From Trueperaceae bacterium (GTDB lineage Bacteria > Deinococcota > Deinococci > Deinococcales > Trueperaceae), in contig OZ243956.1 in the NCBI GenBank assembly GCA_965214405.1, positions 4,192,001 through 4,256,000 on the forward strand: a DNA stretch of 64,000 nucleotides, given 5' to 3'. Below, piece by piece: positions 48,145 to 58,923 of the stretch (position 1 is its first letter; each line of letters opens with the position of its first letter). The notes under the pieces are model-generated. The model was not told the origin of the DNA. It saw only the letters and a list, made by a program, of their open reading frames with translations, and did not search any database. A program made the translations under genes and the position numbers.

Positions 48145-51108
48145 GTCGGAATAGCTGCTAACCTCGTAGAGGATTGAAACTATCAACAGACTTGTTGATA
48201 TTCGGTGATGGGGAGTCGGAATAGCTGCTAACCTCGTAGAGGATTGAAACCTCGAGGTGACACGGCTTCTGCAGCAAGGGGCGAGTCGGAATAGCTGCTA
48301 ACCTCGTAGAGGATTGAAACAGCTTCACCGTGTCGCCGTCAACCACCTCGAGCACGTCGGAATAGCTGCTAACCTCGTAGAGGATTGAAACGTGTTCGGG
48401 CCGTTCATCCGTTCCTCAATTCGTCCGTCGGAATAGCTGCTAACCTCATAGAGGATTGAAACTGGCCTTGGGCTCCGTCCGCTTGGGCGCGTCGCCCGTC
48501 GGAATAGCTGCTAACCTCGTAGAGGATTGAAACGTTGTAAGATGAAGAACTTGTCGGCCGGTGAAAAGGTCGGAATAGCTGCTAACCTCGTAGAGGATTG
48601 AAACATCAGGGAGATGCGTAGCGAGGCACGACCATGAGCGTCGGAATAGCTGCTAACCTCGTAGAGGATTGAAACCAGCAGATCGCGCCTATGGTGACGC
48701 GATCATGGCGCGTCGGAATAGCTGCTAACCTCGTAGAGGATTGAAACTTCGGCGGGCCGCGCTTTCACACCGACTGGACGAGTCGGAATAGCTGCTAACC
48801 TCGTAGAGGATTGAAACATGAACAGGCAACGGCAGCGCCCGCGGCCCGAACTGGTCGGAATAGCTGCTAACCTCGTAGAGGATTGAAACGAGTTCGAAAA
48901 TGCGCTTGCTCGAGAGCGCCAGGGAGGTCGGAATAGCTGCTAACCTCGTAGAGGATTGAAACCATGACGAGATAATCACCCTGGCAAGGTTAGAACGTCG
49001 GAATAGCTGCTAACCTCGTAGAGGATTGAAACTGGTCGAGGACCTGAGCCTATACCGCGGCTTCGCCGTCGGAATAGCTGCTAACCTCGTAGAGGATTGA
49101 AACAACCCAGCCCTGGCCGTCGAAACGTTTCACGGTCGGGTCGGAATAGCTGCTAACCTCGTAGAGGATTGAAACGTTATCTGAAGCGGCGGACAGGCTC
49201 GAGCGGGCGATAAGTCGGAATAGCTGCTAACCTCGTAGAGGATTGAAACTTGATAGACAACGGCCCCTCGTTCACCACGACCAGTCGGAATAGCTGCTAA
49301 CCTCGTAGAGGATTGAAACTCCCTATCCACCGCGTCCTGGATAATCCCCTTGAGTCGGAATAGCTGCTAACCTCGTAGAGGATTGAAACTGTGGCCGTCT
49401 GCCAGGCGAGAGGCGACAAAGTCGGTCGGAATAGCTGCTAACCTCGTAGAGGATTGAAACAGCGGCTGGCAGGGGGCACTTTACGCGGCGGGCACGTCGG
49501 AATAGCTGCTAACCTCGTAGAGGATTGAAACACGCCCAGGCCCCACGAGTCGTTGCAAAAGAGCAGGTCGGAATAGCTGCTAACCTCGTAGAGGATTGAA
49601 ACTCAACTTTCGGCCCGAAACGCTCACCCGCCCCAGTCGGAATAGCTGCTAACCTCGTAGAGGATTGAAACGCCGGTTCGGACGTAGGGCGGGCGCGTGC
49701 CGGTCGGTCGGAATAGCTGCTAACCTCGTAGAGGATTGAAACAAGGAGCGAACACCGGAGCGGCAGCCGCCGAAGTGTCGGAATAGCTGCTAACCTCGTA
49801 GAGGATTGAAACTAGAACCACTAGCCAAGCGCCAGACCCCCGAAAAAAGGTCGGAATAGCTGCTAACCTCGTAGAGGATTGAAACGATGTAGGGGTTCGT
49901 CGTGTAGTCCCCTTCGCCGTTGTCGGAATAGCTGCTAACCTCGTAGAGGATTGAAACCTCTTTTCGGCGTGAGCGTTCCAAGCGGAATCACGTCGGAATA
50001 GCTGCTAACCTCGTAGAGGATTGAAACTTGTAGAGGTCGGCCTGCGTCACCGGATCGGCGCGTCGGAATAGCTGCTAACCTCGTAGAGGATTGAAACGGT
50101 CGTTGTGACGCCCTCCTCGCGCGTGATGGCGTAGTGCGTCGGAATAGCTGCTAACCTCGTAGAGGATTGAAACCGGTGAGACGACCTTCGGCCTCATCGC
50201 CCAGAGCCCCGTCGGAATAGCTGCTAACCTCGTAGAGGATTGAAACCTGCGCCTACCTCGAGCTTTACCCCGACGTGTACGTCGGAATAGCTGCTAACCT
50301 CGTAGAGGATTGAAACGGCGAGCTGGGCGGCCAGGATGCCCTGCTGGATTGTCGGAATAGCTGCTAACCTCGTAGAGGATTGAAACAAAAAGCGCCTATT
50401 GCCCCCAGAACTCTGCGGCGGCGTCGGAATAGCTGCTAACCTCGTAGAGGATTGAAACTGGTAGCCGTAAGGAAAGCGCGAGCCCGACGGGGTAGTCGGA
50501 ATAGCTGCTAACCTCGTAGAGGATTGAAACTTGACCAGCGGCGCGAAGAACCGGTGCAGCTCGACGTCGGAATAGCTGCTAACCTCGTAGAGGATTGAAA
50601 CTTCAACCGCCGCGCCCCCCGCGCGCCCTACACCCGTCGGAATAGCTGCTAACCTCGTAGAGGATTGAAACTGTATCACGCAAAGTCTCAAGCAAAGGCC
50701 CACCTAGTCGGAATAGCTGCTAACCTCGTAGAGGATTGAAACTATCACAATGAGCGGTTTCATGGCAGTATCCCCCTGTCGGAATAGCTGCTAACCTCGT
50801 AGAGGATTGAAACCCAGAAGTAGGGCAGCGGCGGGGCGGCGTCGTCGCGTCGGAATAGCTGCTAACCTCGTAGAGGATTGAAACACCGTTGACGACCTGA
50901 ATGAGCATGACTGGGACGTGTCGGAATAGCTGCTAACCTCGTAGAGGATTGAAACTTGACATCCCAGAGATTCATGGCGACGTGCTCGGTCGGAATAGCT
51001 GCTAACCTCGTAGAGGATTGAAACCTGGCCGCAAACTGCTGGATGTCCTTGAGGACTAGTCGGAATAGCTGCTAACCTCGTAGAGGATTGAAACAAGGTC
51101 TTTGCTCG

Positions 51109-51381
51109 TCAGACCGCGACGGTTTCCTCGTCAGGCAGGGCGTCTAAAAGTTCGTCTAAGCACTCGAGCGTTACCCCGCTGTGGCCCTTAAGGTGACTTA
51201 CGGAGCTGTAGAGCTCGCTCTCTAAGTCCTCCTTGCGCCCTCCCGTGGCACTCTGAAGTTCAGAAAGTAGCTCGAGAAAACGTCTGGCCTCGTCAGCGAG
51301 TTCGGCTAAAAGCACGGTCGAGGCGTGCAGCCGCTCTTCACCGACCTCTTCGGGGGTGTAACCGAGAATGTGAGTCATCAT
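51109..51381 (-). CDS. Small acidic helical protein, putative TA partner (within array 2)
   Basis: LLAELADEA...EDLESELYSSVSHLKGHS; AAGGA RBS; overlaps the upstream stop. Confidence 0.65.
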   Translation of the reverse strand: MMTHILGYTPEEVGEERLHASTVLLAELADEARRFLELLSELQSATGGRKEDLESELYSSVSHLKGHSGVTLECLDELLDALPDEETVAV

Positions 51382-51587
51382 GCCGTCCTTTCGGGTAAGC
51401 CTAGCTTTTGGCGAAGATAGTTGATTTCAACCAACCTGCCCGCGATCTCTTTTTCCCAATACTTAATGAGACCTTCGTTCGGCCCTCCCTTACGCCTCTC
51501 GTCGGCCACCTTCAGGTAGTGCTCGATGAGACGCTCTTCTAACTTTGCCAGGCGCTTGCGGTACCCTTTGTTCTTACCCACTCCCAT
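51378..51587 (-). CDS. Small basic protein, putative TA partner (within array 2); true start may be GTG 51581
   Basis: GKNKGYRKRLAKLEERLIEH..K....PNEGLIKYWEKEI; extended -10 TGCTATACT just inside the flanking repeat boundary. Confidence 0.65.
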   Translation of the reverse strand: MGVGKNKGYRKRLAKLEERLIEHYLKVADERRKGGPNEGLIKYWEKEIAGRLVEINYLRQKLGLPERTA

Positions 51588-51980
51588 AGTATAGCAAGTC
51601 GAAATAGCTGTTAACCTCGTAGAGGATTAAAACCGCATGTTCTTGAGCCGCGAGAATTACAAGCGGATGTCGGAACAGTTGCTAACCTCGTAGAGGATTG
51701 AAATCGCGGGTTGCCAGGCGTCACACGCGCGCGGGCGTGTCGGATAGCCGTTAACCTCGTAGAGGATTGAAACTGCCAGTAGATAAGGTCGCGCGAACGT
51801 TAACACATATGTCGGAATAGCTGTTAACCTCAAAGATGGCTGAAACTGTTCATTTTCTGAACCCTCCAAACATGAGCTGAAAGAACCGTGTCTTCAGAAG
51901 TTGAGTTATTCGGCGTTGAGCCCCCACCCACGCAACGAAGCGTACAAGCCGCCTGATAGCGTGATCTGCTACACTGGTAC

Positions 51981-52322
51981 ATGGCGACTATAAACCTCCC
52001 GGATGAGCTGGCCGAGCGCGTCGCGCCGTTCGGTTATTGGTTGCCGACGGTTCTGAAGATAGGTTTGCTCAAGCTGAGAACGCCCGCAGTCGAAACCGCG
52101 AGCGAACTCGTGGCGTTTTTATCGACCAATCCGTCGGCGCAAGAGGTGCAAGCTTATCACGCCTCCGAAGGGTCTCAAACACGCGTGCGTCAGCTTTTGG
52201 TGCTAAACCGAGCTGGCGTGATCGGTGAGGCCGAAGTCGAGGAGCTTGATGAGCTGCTCAAGCTCGAGCATGTCATCATGCTCAAATCTCAACTGACATC
52301 TGGCGATACTGCCACTGCGTGA
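51981..52322 (+). CDS. Antitoxin-like small protein (orphan)
   Basis: FLSTNPSAQEVQAYHAS..SQTRVRQLL..NRAG.....E.EELDELLKLEH; leaderless TACACT. Confidence 0.5.
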   Translation: MATINLPDELAERVAPFGYWLPTVLKIGLLKLRTPAVETASELVAFLSTNPSAQEVQAYHASEGSQTRVRQLLVLNRAGVIGEAEVEELDELLKLEHVIMLKSQLTSGDTATA

Positions 52323-52710
52323 GCCAAACGTTATGGCAACTCGTTTCGAGGTGCGCTTTTCGCGCCCTTAGTGTGTTCTCTTTGTGCCTTATTATACGTT
52401 TGAGCCCCGCCCACACCTCTATAAAAAATTTGTAAGGATTTTGTAAGAGTTCCTGCACTAGGATGTAGGAACGGAAACGGGCGACCCCCTACGCCCCCTT
52501 TCCGCCTCCTCCCTAAAACCCCGCGCTCTCCTCCGCGGGGTTCTTTCTTTGGGGCGCTCTGTTCTTTCGTAAGGTTTGTAAGAAAAGAGTAACGCTCTTT
52601 TGGTTTCAGCTCATAAGCTGTATAAACTTCTTTATCCGGTCCGGTCGCAACGACGGCCTCGAGTCCCAACACGACACGCGCGCCTCACGTGACAGGGTAG
52701 GCTCGAGGGC

Positions 52711-54984
52711 GTGAACACCCTGCCCAACGCCCTCGGCGACGCCCCCAGCTACCACGCGTGGCTGAGGGGGCGCGCGGACTACCGCGGGCAAATTGCCTTT
52801 TCCGCTTTTTTCCCGCCGCGCGGCGAAGGGGAGAAAACCCCCTACACCGGACGGTACGCGCCGCTGTTAGCGCGTTTGGGCGTGCAACCCTACCGCCACC
52901 AGGTCGAGGTGCTCGCCGCTGCGGAAGGGGGCTGCAACGTGGTGGTGGCGACGCCCACCGCCTCGGGTAAGTCGCTCGGCTATCAGGTGCCGACGCTTCA
53001 CGCACTTAGGGAGGGCGGCGCGGCGCTCTACCTCTTCCCAACCAAAGCGCTCGCGCACGACCAGTTGGACAAGCTTCGGGGGCTCGCGTCGGCTTTGGGC
53101 GTAGAAGGGCTCATCACCCCCTACGACGGCGACACGCCCACCGCCAAACGGCGCGAGGTGCGTGAGCGGGCTGCGTGCATCCTCACCAACCCCGACATGC
53201 TCCACTACGGCATCCTGCCGCACCACGCTGCCTGGGCGCACTTTTTAGGAAGTTTGAAGTTTATCGTGGTGGACGAGCTTCACGCGTACCGGGGGGTGAT
53301 GGGGACGCACGTCGCCAATATCTTGCGCCGCTTGCTGCGTTTGGCGCGTCACTACGGCGCGTCGCCGCAGGTGGTCGCGGCGAGCGCGACCATCGGCAAC
53401 CCGGCGGCGCACGCGCGCGCGCTTACGGGGCTCGGGTTCGTCGCCGTGCGCGAGGACGCGGGGCCGCGCGCCGCGCGCGAACTCCTCTTCTGGCGTCCGC
53501 CCGAACTGCCCGGTGAGGAGGGGAGACGCCGTTCGGTCAATACCGAAGCCGCCGACTTGGCGCGCCTGTTCGTACGCGCGGGGCTCAAGAGCATCTTTTT
53601 TTGCGCCTCGCGCAAGGGCGCGGAACTCTTGCGCCGCTACGCGCGCGAGGGGCTGGGCGACGACGAGGCGGCGCGGCTGCAAAGCTACCGCGCGGGCTAC
53701 ACCCCCGAGGACCGCCGCGCCATCGAGCGAGGCTTCAAGGAGGGTGACATCCGCGTCTTGACCGCGACGAGCGCGTTGGAGCTTGGTGTCGACGTGGGCG
53801 GCGTGGACGCGGTGGTCTTGGTCGGCTATCCCGGCTCGATGACCGCGCTTTGGCAGCGTGCGGGCCGCGCGGGCCGGGGCGACACGCGTTCCCTGACGCT
53901 GCTCATCCCCGGCAACGACCCGCTGGACGAATACTACTTGACCCACCCCGAGCTCATCGCCGAGGGCCGCGCCGAAAACGCGGTCGCGGACGCGTTCAAT
54001 ACCGAACTCCACCCGCGCCACTTGGCCTGCGCCGCCTTTGAAAAACCGCTCACGGAGGATGAAGACATCGTCGGCGACGCTGACCTCTCGCGCCTGCCCC
54101 GCTTTCATAACCACAAGGGCCGCTGGTTCTACCAGGGCGTGTACCCGCACAAACATTTGAGCGTGCGCGGCACGGGCGGTAAACAAATCGTTCTCAAAAA
54201 CGGCTTGAACAAGTCTTTGGGCGTCAGCGACCCCGCCACCGCGCTGCGCGAGCTTCATCCGGGGGCCGTCTATTTGCACCAGGGCGAGAGTTATTTGGTG
54301 CGTAACTTAGACTTAGGGCACGGCGTCGCCATCCTTTTACCCCACCTCGAGGACTACTATACGCAGGCGCGCTCAATCACCGACATCGAAATCGTGGGTG
54401 AGGAAGCGCCTCTTTATGGGGTCCCCGGCTACGGCGTCAACGTCGGTCGCGTCAGGGTCACCAGCCAGGTCACCTCTTTTGTCCGCAAGCGCCTCTTTAG
54501 CGAGGCGGTCCTGGATGAACGGGGGTTAGACCTTCCCGAAGTCGCTTACTCAACTCAGGCGTTATGGTTCAACGTGCGTTCGGCGGCAAATACGCTCCAC
54601 CCCAGCTTCCTGCCCGCCGCGATGCACGCGTTGGAGCACACGCTCATCGGCCTCCTACCCGCTTTCGTCCTCTGCGAGCGCGCCGACGTGGGTGGCGTGT
54701 CCTATCCCGCGTACCCTCTCACGGGTGAGCCGCTCGTTTTCATCTACGACGGCTACCCCGGCGGCGTCGGCTACGCGCGCGCGGGCGCGGCGCTCTTTAC
54801 CGACTGGCTGAGCGCCGCTCGAGACCTCCTCCAGACCTGTTCGTGCAAGGACGGTTGCCCGCGCTGCATTCTGTCACCCAAATGCGGCAACGGCAACCAG
54901 ACTTTAGACAAAGGCGCGGCGCTGATGCTGGCCGAGGCGCTGCTCGAGCGGCTAAAAAGTGTGCGGGTGGGGCTCGAGGCTTAG
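52711..54984 (+). CDS. DEAD/DEAH helicase with DUF1998 (MrfA/Hrq1-like)
   Basis: TPTASGKS, DELHAY, SATIGN, TSALELGVD, QRAGRAGR, C-terminal CSCKDGCPRC. Confidence 0.92.
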   Translation: MNTLPNALGDAPSYHAWLRGRADYRGQIAFSAFFPPRGEGEKTPYTGRYAPLLARLGVQPYRHQVEVLAAAEGGCNVVVATPTASGKSLGYQVPTLHALREGGAALYLFPTKALAHDQLDKLRGLASALGVEGLITPYDGDTPTAKRREVRERAACILTNPDMLHYGILPHHAAWAHFLGSLKFIVVDELHAYRGVMGTHVANILRRLLRLARHYGASPQVVAASATIGNPAAHARALTGLGFVAVREDAGPRAARELLFWRPPELPGEEGRRRSVNTEAADLARLFVRAGLKSIFFCASRKGAELLRRYAREGLGDDEAARLQSYRAGYTPEDRRAIERGFKEGDIRVLTATSALELGVDVGGVDAVVLVGYPGSMTALWQRAGRAGRGDTRSLTLLIPGNDPLDEYYLTHPELIAEGRAENAVADAFNTELHPRHLACAAFEKPLTEDEDIVGDADLSRLPRFHNHKGRWFYQGVYPHKHLSVRGTGGKQIVLKNGLNKSLGVSDPATALRELHPGAVYLHQGESYLVRNLDLGHGVAILLPHLEDYYTQARSITDIEIVGEEAPLYGVPGYGVNVGRVRVTSQVTSFVRKRLFSEAVLDERGLDLPEVAYSTQALWFNVRSAANTLHPSFLPAAMHALEHTLIGLLPAFVLCERADVGGVSYPAYPLTGEPLVFIYDGYPGGVGYARAGAALFTDWLSAARDLLQTCSCKDGCPRCILSPKCGNGNQTLDKGAALMLAEALLERLKSVRVGLEA

Positions 54985-55004
54985 AACCCGCACCTTCTAA
55001 CGGT

Positions 55005-55376
55005 TCAGGTGCGGCTCAACAACCCCAGGATGCCCACAGGCAGCAGTAAAGTCCATTGCGGCAACCGGAAAACGCCCCCTAACCGGTTCACGCGTACAGA
55101 AATGGCGAGGAAAAGGATACCGAACAGCAGCCATAGGATTGAAAAGAAGACAATAAATCCGGGCTGCATCATACCCAAGCCCGCGCCCAGAAAACCGAGC
55201 GCCGACATCACGAAGAAAGCGGATACAAAGTGCCAGCAGGCATAAAGCGCGTATTTAACGTCGTTGGTCAGCGAGGTGCTGAGAAGGGGTCTGGCAACAT
55301 CGTTTCCACCGGCAAAAATATGGATGGCGCTCGTTAGAAGCGCTAAAACTCCGGCAGCTATTAATAACCAATTCAT
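55005..55376 (-). CDS. Small integral membrane protein
   Basis: Four hydrophobic segments, H-x-F-A-GG and PQWTL. Confidence 0.65.
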   Translation of the reverse strand: MNWLLIAAGVLALLTSAIHIFAGGNDVARPLLSTSLTNDVKYALYACWHFVSAFFVMSALGFLGAGLGMMQPGFIVFFSILWLLFGILFLAISVRVNRLGGVFRLPQWTLLLPVGILGLLSRT

Positions 55377-55537
55377 GTTTTCAACGCACGACCTGCCTCG
55401 AGCACAAGCCGGACCGCTTCTTGCAAGGTTTCTCTCGCCTCCTCGAGCGTGTCCCCTTGCGTGTTTGCGCCGGGTAATTCTTCGATAAAACCGATATAAC
55501 CCTCGGGCACGCGTTCAAATACAGCCGTGAGTTTCAT
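55373..55537 (-). CDS. Short HicB-family antitoxin (54 aa, not in ORF track)
   Basis: MKLTAVFERVPEGYIGFIEELPGANTQGDTLEEARETLQEAVRLVLEA; leaderless TAACAT-N6-ATG. Confidence 0.75.
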   Translation of the reverse strand: MKLTAVFERVPEGYIGFIEELPGANTQGDTLEEARETLQEAVRLVLEAGRALKT

Positions 55538-55690
55538 GGGGTGATGTTAGCACGCGGGCTCGAGGCTTGGAACCGCAGTCCGAGGCCTTTCTGTAAGCTC
55601 CTACAGTATAAAATTTTTGGCGCTCGAACGCCATAAGGAGCCTTCCTGAAGTCTGCCTCAGCCGCCGCTAGGGTAGGGGGCGAGGTTGTT

Positions 55691-56242
55691 ATGACTTTTG
55701 TTTATCATCAAGTGCCCCCCGGTATGGTGGGGGAAACGCTCTATCCGCTAAAAACCTTGGAGCGACTCGAGCCTACGCTCTACAAAGCACAAATTGCCAA
55801 ATATAACGACCATCCCGCCCGGCAACGCATTCCCTATCAAAGCATTCCCAAACTCGGCTGCTCGCGCGCCGAAACGCTCAATTTCGCGCCCCTGCACCCG
55901 CGCCACATTTATCTCGAGTGGGAGACTTTAGGCGTGACGCTGCCCGAGGTACGCTGGTACAAAATTCCCGTTCGTCACATCGCTCACCTCCCCGCCGTCA
56001 TCTACAAGCCGGGAGAGGAAAGAAGCGTCGGGGACGATATTCCTGAGGATAGGGTTGATGTATTCAATCCTGCTACATACGAGGAACTGACGGCGCTGCC
56101 GCAGAAAACGCGCGACTGGTATCTTTCGCTTCACACCCGCGGACGCAAGGGCGCGTGGTTTGCCCACGTCCCTCATGTTTTGGTCCGGGGCGCTGTGTCG
56201 GTACGAGAGGCTGAGGTGATTGACTGGCGCGACGCGCTCTAA
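55691..56242 (+). CDS. Hypothetical protein
   Basis: 183-aa ORF, YHQVP..MVGETLYPL ... FAHVPHVLVRG. Confidence 0.6.
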   Translation: MTFVYHQVPPGMVGETLYPLKTLERLEPTLYKAQIAKYNDHPARQRIPYQSIPKLGCSRAETLNFAPLHPRHIYLEWETLGVTLPEVRWYKIPVRHIAHLPAVIYKPGEERSVGDDIPEDRVDVFNPATYEELTALPQKTRDWYLSLHTRGRKGAWFAHVPHVLVRGAVSVREAEVIDWRDAL

Positions 56243-56391
56243 ACTCGAATGGGGGCAAAGGTAGCCCATTGCGCCGTGGTAGAAGCGGGCGTTAACGCCC
56301 TTTTTAATTCTGGACAGAATAAATCTTTATCCCTGTTGCCGCTCAAGTTCCTCTCAGAGACTACCGTTTACAATGGTGCTAGGGAGGGTTT

Positions 56392-57318
56392 ATGAACATA
56401 CTTGTCACCGGCGCAACCGGATTTGTGGGAAGCGCTGTGGTTAGAGCCCTACTCGGTGCGGGTCACACCGTGACCGGCCTCGTCAGAACGCCAGCCAAAG
56501 CCCAGGCCCTCGAGGCTTTAGGGATGCGCTCAGCCGTAGGCGACATGCTCGAGCCCCAAACGTACACGCCCCTCGTAAAAGAGGTTGACGCCGTCATTCA
56601 AGCCGCGCAATACGGTGTATCGGGGCGGATGACGAACAAAAAAGTCGCGCAGATCAACCACGCGGACGAGGTGATGACCTTGGCGTTGGCGGAAGCCTGT
56701 TTGGAGCACAATAAAGTTCTGCTCTACACCAACGGCTGCTTCGGCTACGGCGACCACGGCGACGCCTGGATTACCGAAAAGACGCCGCTCTCTCCGTCGC
56801 CGATGGGCGTGGGTCACGCCGCCGTGGTCGAGCGGTTGCTGGACCTTTATAAAACCAAAAACCTGAAAGTCATCGTCCTTACGGCGGGGTTTGTGTACGG
56901 TCCCGGTGGGCTGTTCAAGACTTCGTTTTACGATACGCTGACGAAAAACCAGTTGCGCGTGTTCGGCGCGGGGCAAAACTACTGGAGCACGGTGCATGTG
57001 GACGACCTGGCGGGGGCGTTTGTAAGGGCGCTCGAGGTGAACACTTACGGAGAAAATTTCAACGTCGTAGACGACGAACCCGTGCGCCTGCGCGACATGG
57101 TCGACGCCGTCACCGAGGCGGCGGGCCGCAAGCGCGTGGGCAGCATCCCGCCCTGGCTCATCGGCCTGATGATAGGCCCGCCCGTCGTTGCGTCGCTCAC
57201 GACGTCGTTTAGGGTAAAAAACGACAAGGCAAAAGAGGTTTTGGATTGGACGCCGCGCTATCCGACGTTTGGGTCGGGTGTGGGTGAGGTGGTTAGGGAG
57301 CTCGAGGGGCGTGCGTAA
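56392..57318 (+). CDS. NAD-dependent epimerase/dehydratase family protein
   Basis: ILVTGATGFVG, VYGPGG, VHVDDLA. Confidence 0.85.
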   Translation: MNILVTGATGFVGSAVVRALLGAGHTVTGLVRTPAKAQALEALGMRSAVGDMLEPQTYTPLVKEVDAVIQAAQYGVSGRMTNKKVAQINHADEVMTLALAEACLEHNKVLLYTNGCFGYGDHGDAWITEKTPLSPSPMGVGHAAVVERLLDLYKTKNLKVIVLTAGFVYGPGGLFKTSFYDTLTKNQLRVFGAGQNYWSTVHVDDLAGAFVRALEVNTYGENFNVVDDEPVRLRDMVDAVTEAAGRKRVGSIPPWLIGLMIGPPVVASLTTSFRVKNDKAKEVLDWTPRYPTFGSGVGEVVRELEGRA

Positions 57319-57353
57319 AGCCTCGCCACCCCAAGTGCCGTTCTACCCTGTAG

Positions 57354-57887
57354 CTACTCCCCCCTAAGTTTGCTGTACACCACCAGGTCGCGCCACTCCC
57401 CCGCGCGCCACTGCGCCCCTCTCGCCACGCCCTCACGCGTAAACCCAGCTTTTTCCAACGCGCGCTGCTCCGCCACGTTGGTCACGTCGGTTGACGCCTC
57501 GACGCGCATGACGGGGTGGGTTGAAAAAAGGTACGCCGCGAACAGCCGCTGCGCCTCGCTGCCGTAGCCTTTGCCGCGACTTTCGGGAGCGAGCGTGATG
57601 CCGATGTTGTACGCCCGACTTCCCTCGTTGGGTCCATACGCCACCCCGTGATAACTCACGCTGCCGACGACTTCCTCGGTTTCACGCTCTAGCACGAGGA
57701 GCGCCCCGCCGTGGGGGTCGAGCAGACCGTTTTTATTGAACTCTTCCTCGAGCCTCACATGCCGAAAGCCAAACGTGTTGTATTCGGAGTTGTGTAGGGG
57801 GTCGTTGGCCCAGCGCTCGAGCAGCGCCAAATCGGGACGCTTTACAGGTCTCAAACCCACCAGGTCGTCTCTAGTCACGCCAGCCAC
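57354..57887 (-). CDS. RimJ/RimL-type GNAT acetyltransferase
   Basis: RGKGYGSEA, N..EQRALEKAGFTREG. Confidence 0.85.
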   Translation of the reverse strand: MAGVTRDDLVGLRPVKRPDLALLERWANDPLHNSEYNTFGFRHVRLEEEFNKNGLLDPHGGALLVLERETEEVVGSVSYHGVAYGPNEGSRAYNIGITLAPESRGKGYGSEAQRLFAAYLFSTHPVMRVEASTDVTNVAEQRALEKAGFTREGVARGAQWRAGEWRDLVVYSKLRGE

Positions 57888-57945
57888 CCTTCACTGTACC
57901 AGTGTAGTGAACATAACAGGTGACAACGCAGCCCCCGGTCTATGC

Positions 57946-58923
57946 CTAGCCCTCTTTGAGGGTCCACTCGAGCAGCGCCTCTAAACTAGCCGTCGCCAGC
58001 CCGACCACGCGGTCGGCGCCGCCGTAATAAAGGTAAATGGTGCCGTCTACCACCGGATTGGCGGTCCCGAAAACGACGAAGGGCACATCCCCGCGAATCT
58101 CCCACGTCTCTTTGGGGGCCAGGATGGGTGTTTCGGGGCGCTTAAGGACCTTGCTGGGGTCGGCCTTGTCGAGTAGCGCCGCGCCCATGCAGTAGATGTG
58201 GTAGTCGTTGTAGCCGTGGTAGAGCACCAGCCACCCGGCCTCCGTGTCGATGGGCGGGCCGCCCGCGCCGACGCGTTTGCCGTCCCAGAGGCCGGGGCGC
58301 GGCTTTAAGATTTCCTTGTGCCCGCTCCAGGATTTGACGTCGTCACTAAACGCAATCCAGATGCTCGGCGGACGCCTATGGAAGGTCACGAACTTGCCGC
58401 CGATTTTGGCGGGAAAAAGCGCGTGGTCTTTGTTGTCTTCGTCTTCGACGAGAGGCCCCAGCGTGTCCCAGGTGATGAGGTTGTCGCTCACCGCGTACAT
58501 GGGCGTAATGCCCAGGGGCGGCACCCCGACGGGCGCGTGCAGGCCCTTGCGGCTGTAAGCGGTGTAGGCCATGTAGAAGCGCCCGTTTAGCTCGGTCACT
58601 CGAGGGTCCTCCACGCCCCGCGCGTCGAGTTCCGAAAGGGGACTCAAAACGGGCTGACGCAGGCGGTTCCAGGAAACGCCGTCCGCGGAAACCGCGTAGC
58701 CGATGTGTGAAACGTAGTCGAGACCCTGTGCGCGGTAGTGCATATGAAAAAGGCCGTTGTGACGAATCACCGAAGGGTTAAAGGTGTTGAGCGCTTCCCA
58801 CGCGTTGGTGGGCTCCGGCCTTAACACCGGGTTAGCCGGGTGACGCCGGAAATGGCCGCTCTCAGCCAGGTTGTAAAACGCTTCGGGCGCGCTGCTCGGG
58901 TCGAGTCGGGGTTGCTGGGTCAT
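57946..58923 (-). CDS. GH130 glycoside hydrolase/phosphorylase
   Basis: FNPSV, YRAQ, GVEDPRV, NKDHALFP, YYGGAD. Confidence 0.85.
   Translation of the reverse strand: MTQQPRLDPSSAPEAFYNLAESGHFRRHPANPVLRPEPTNAWEALNTFNPSVIRHNGLFHMHYRAQGLDYVSHIGYAVSADGVSWNRLRQPVLSPLSELDARGVEDPRVTELNGRFYMAYTAYSRKGLHAPVGVPPLGITPMYAVSDNLITWDTLGPLVEDEDNKDHALFPAKIGGKFVTFHRRPPSIWIAFSDDVKSWSGHKEILKPRPGLWDGKRVGAGGPPIDTEAGWLVLYHGYNDYHIYCMGAALLDKADPSKVLKRPETPILAPKETWEIRGDVPFVVFGTANPVVDGTIYLYYGGADRVVGLATASLEALLEWTLKEG

Larger units (their letters stand above)
48145..51846 (+). CRISPR. CRISPR array 2, repeat GTCGGAATAGCTGCTAACCTCGTAGAGGATTGAAAC
   Basis: 42 regular 36-bp repeats at 48145-51094, a 503-bp insert, then four degenerate repeats at 51598, 51669, 51739 and 51811. 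Confidence 0.98.

Noticed and set aside
48004..51096. ORFs with repeated FQSSTRL/VSILYEV peptides here and at 30837-31945
   Set aside because: Translations of CRISPR repeats
52711..54984. DUF1998 helicase as part of DISARM/Druantia or the cas locus
   Set aside because: No partner genes; matches the stand-alone MrfA/Hrq1-type repair helicase
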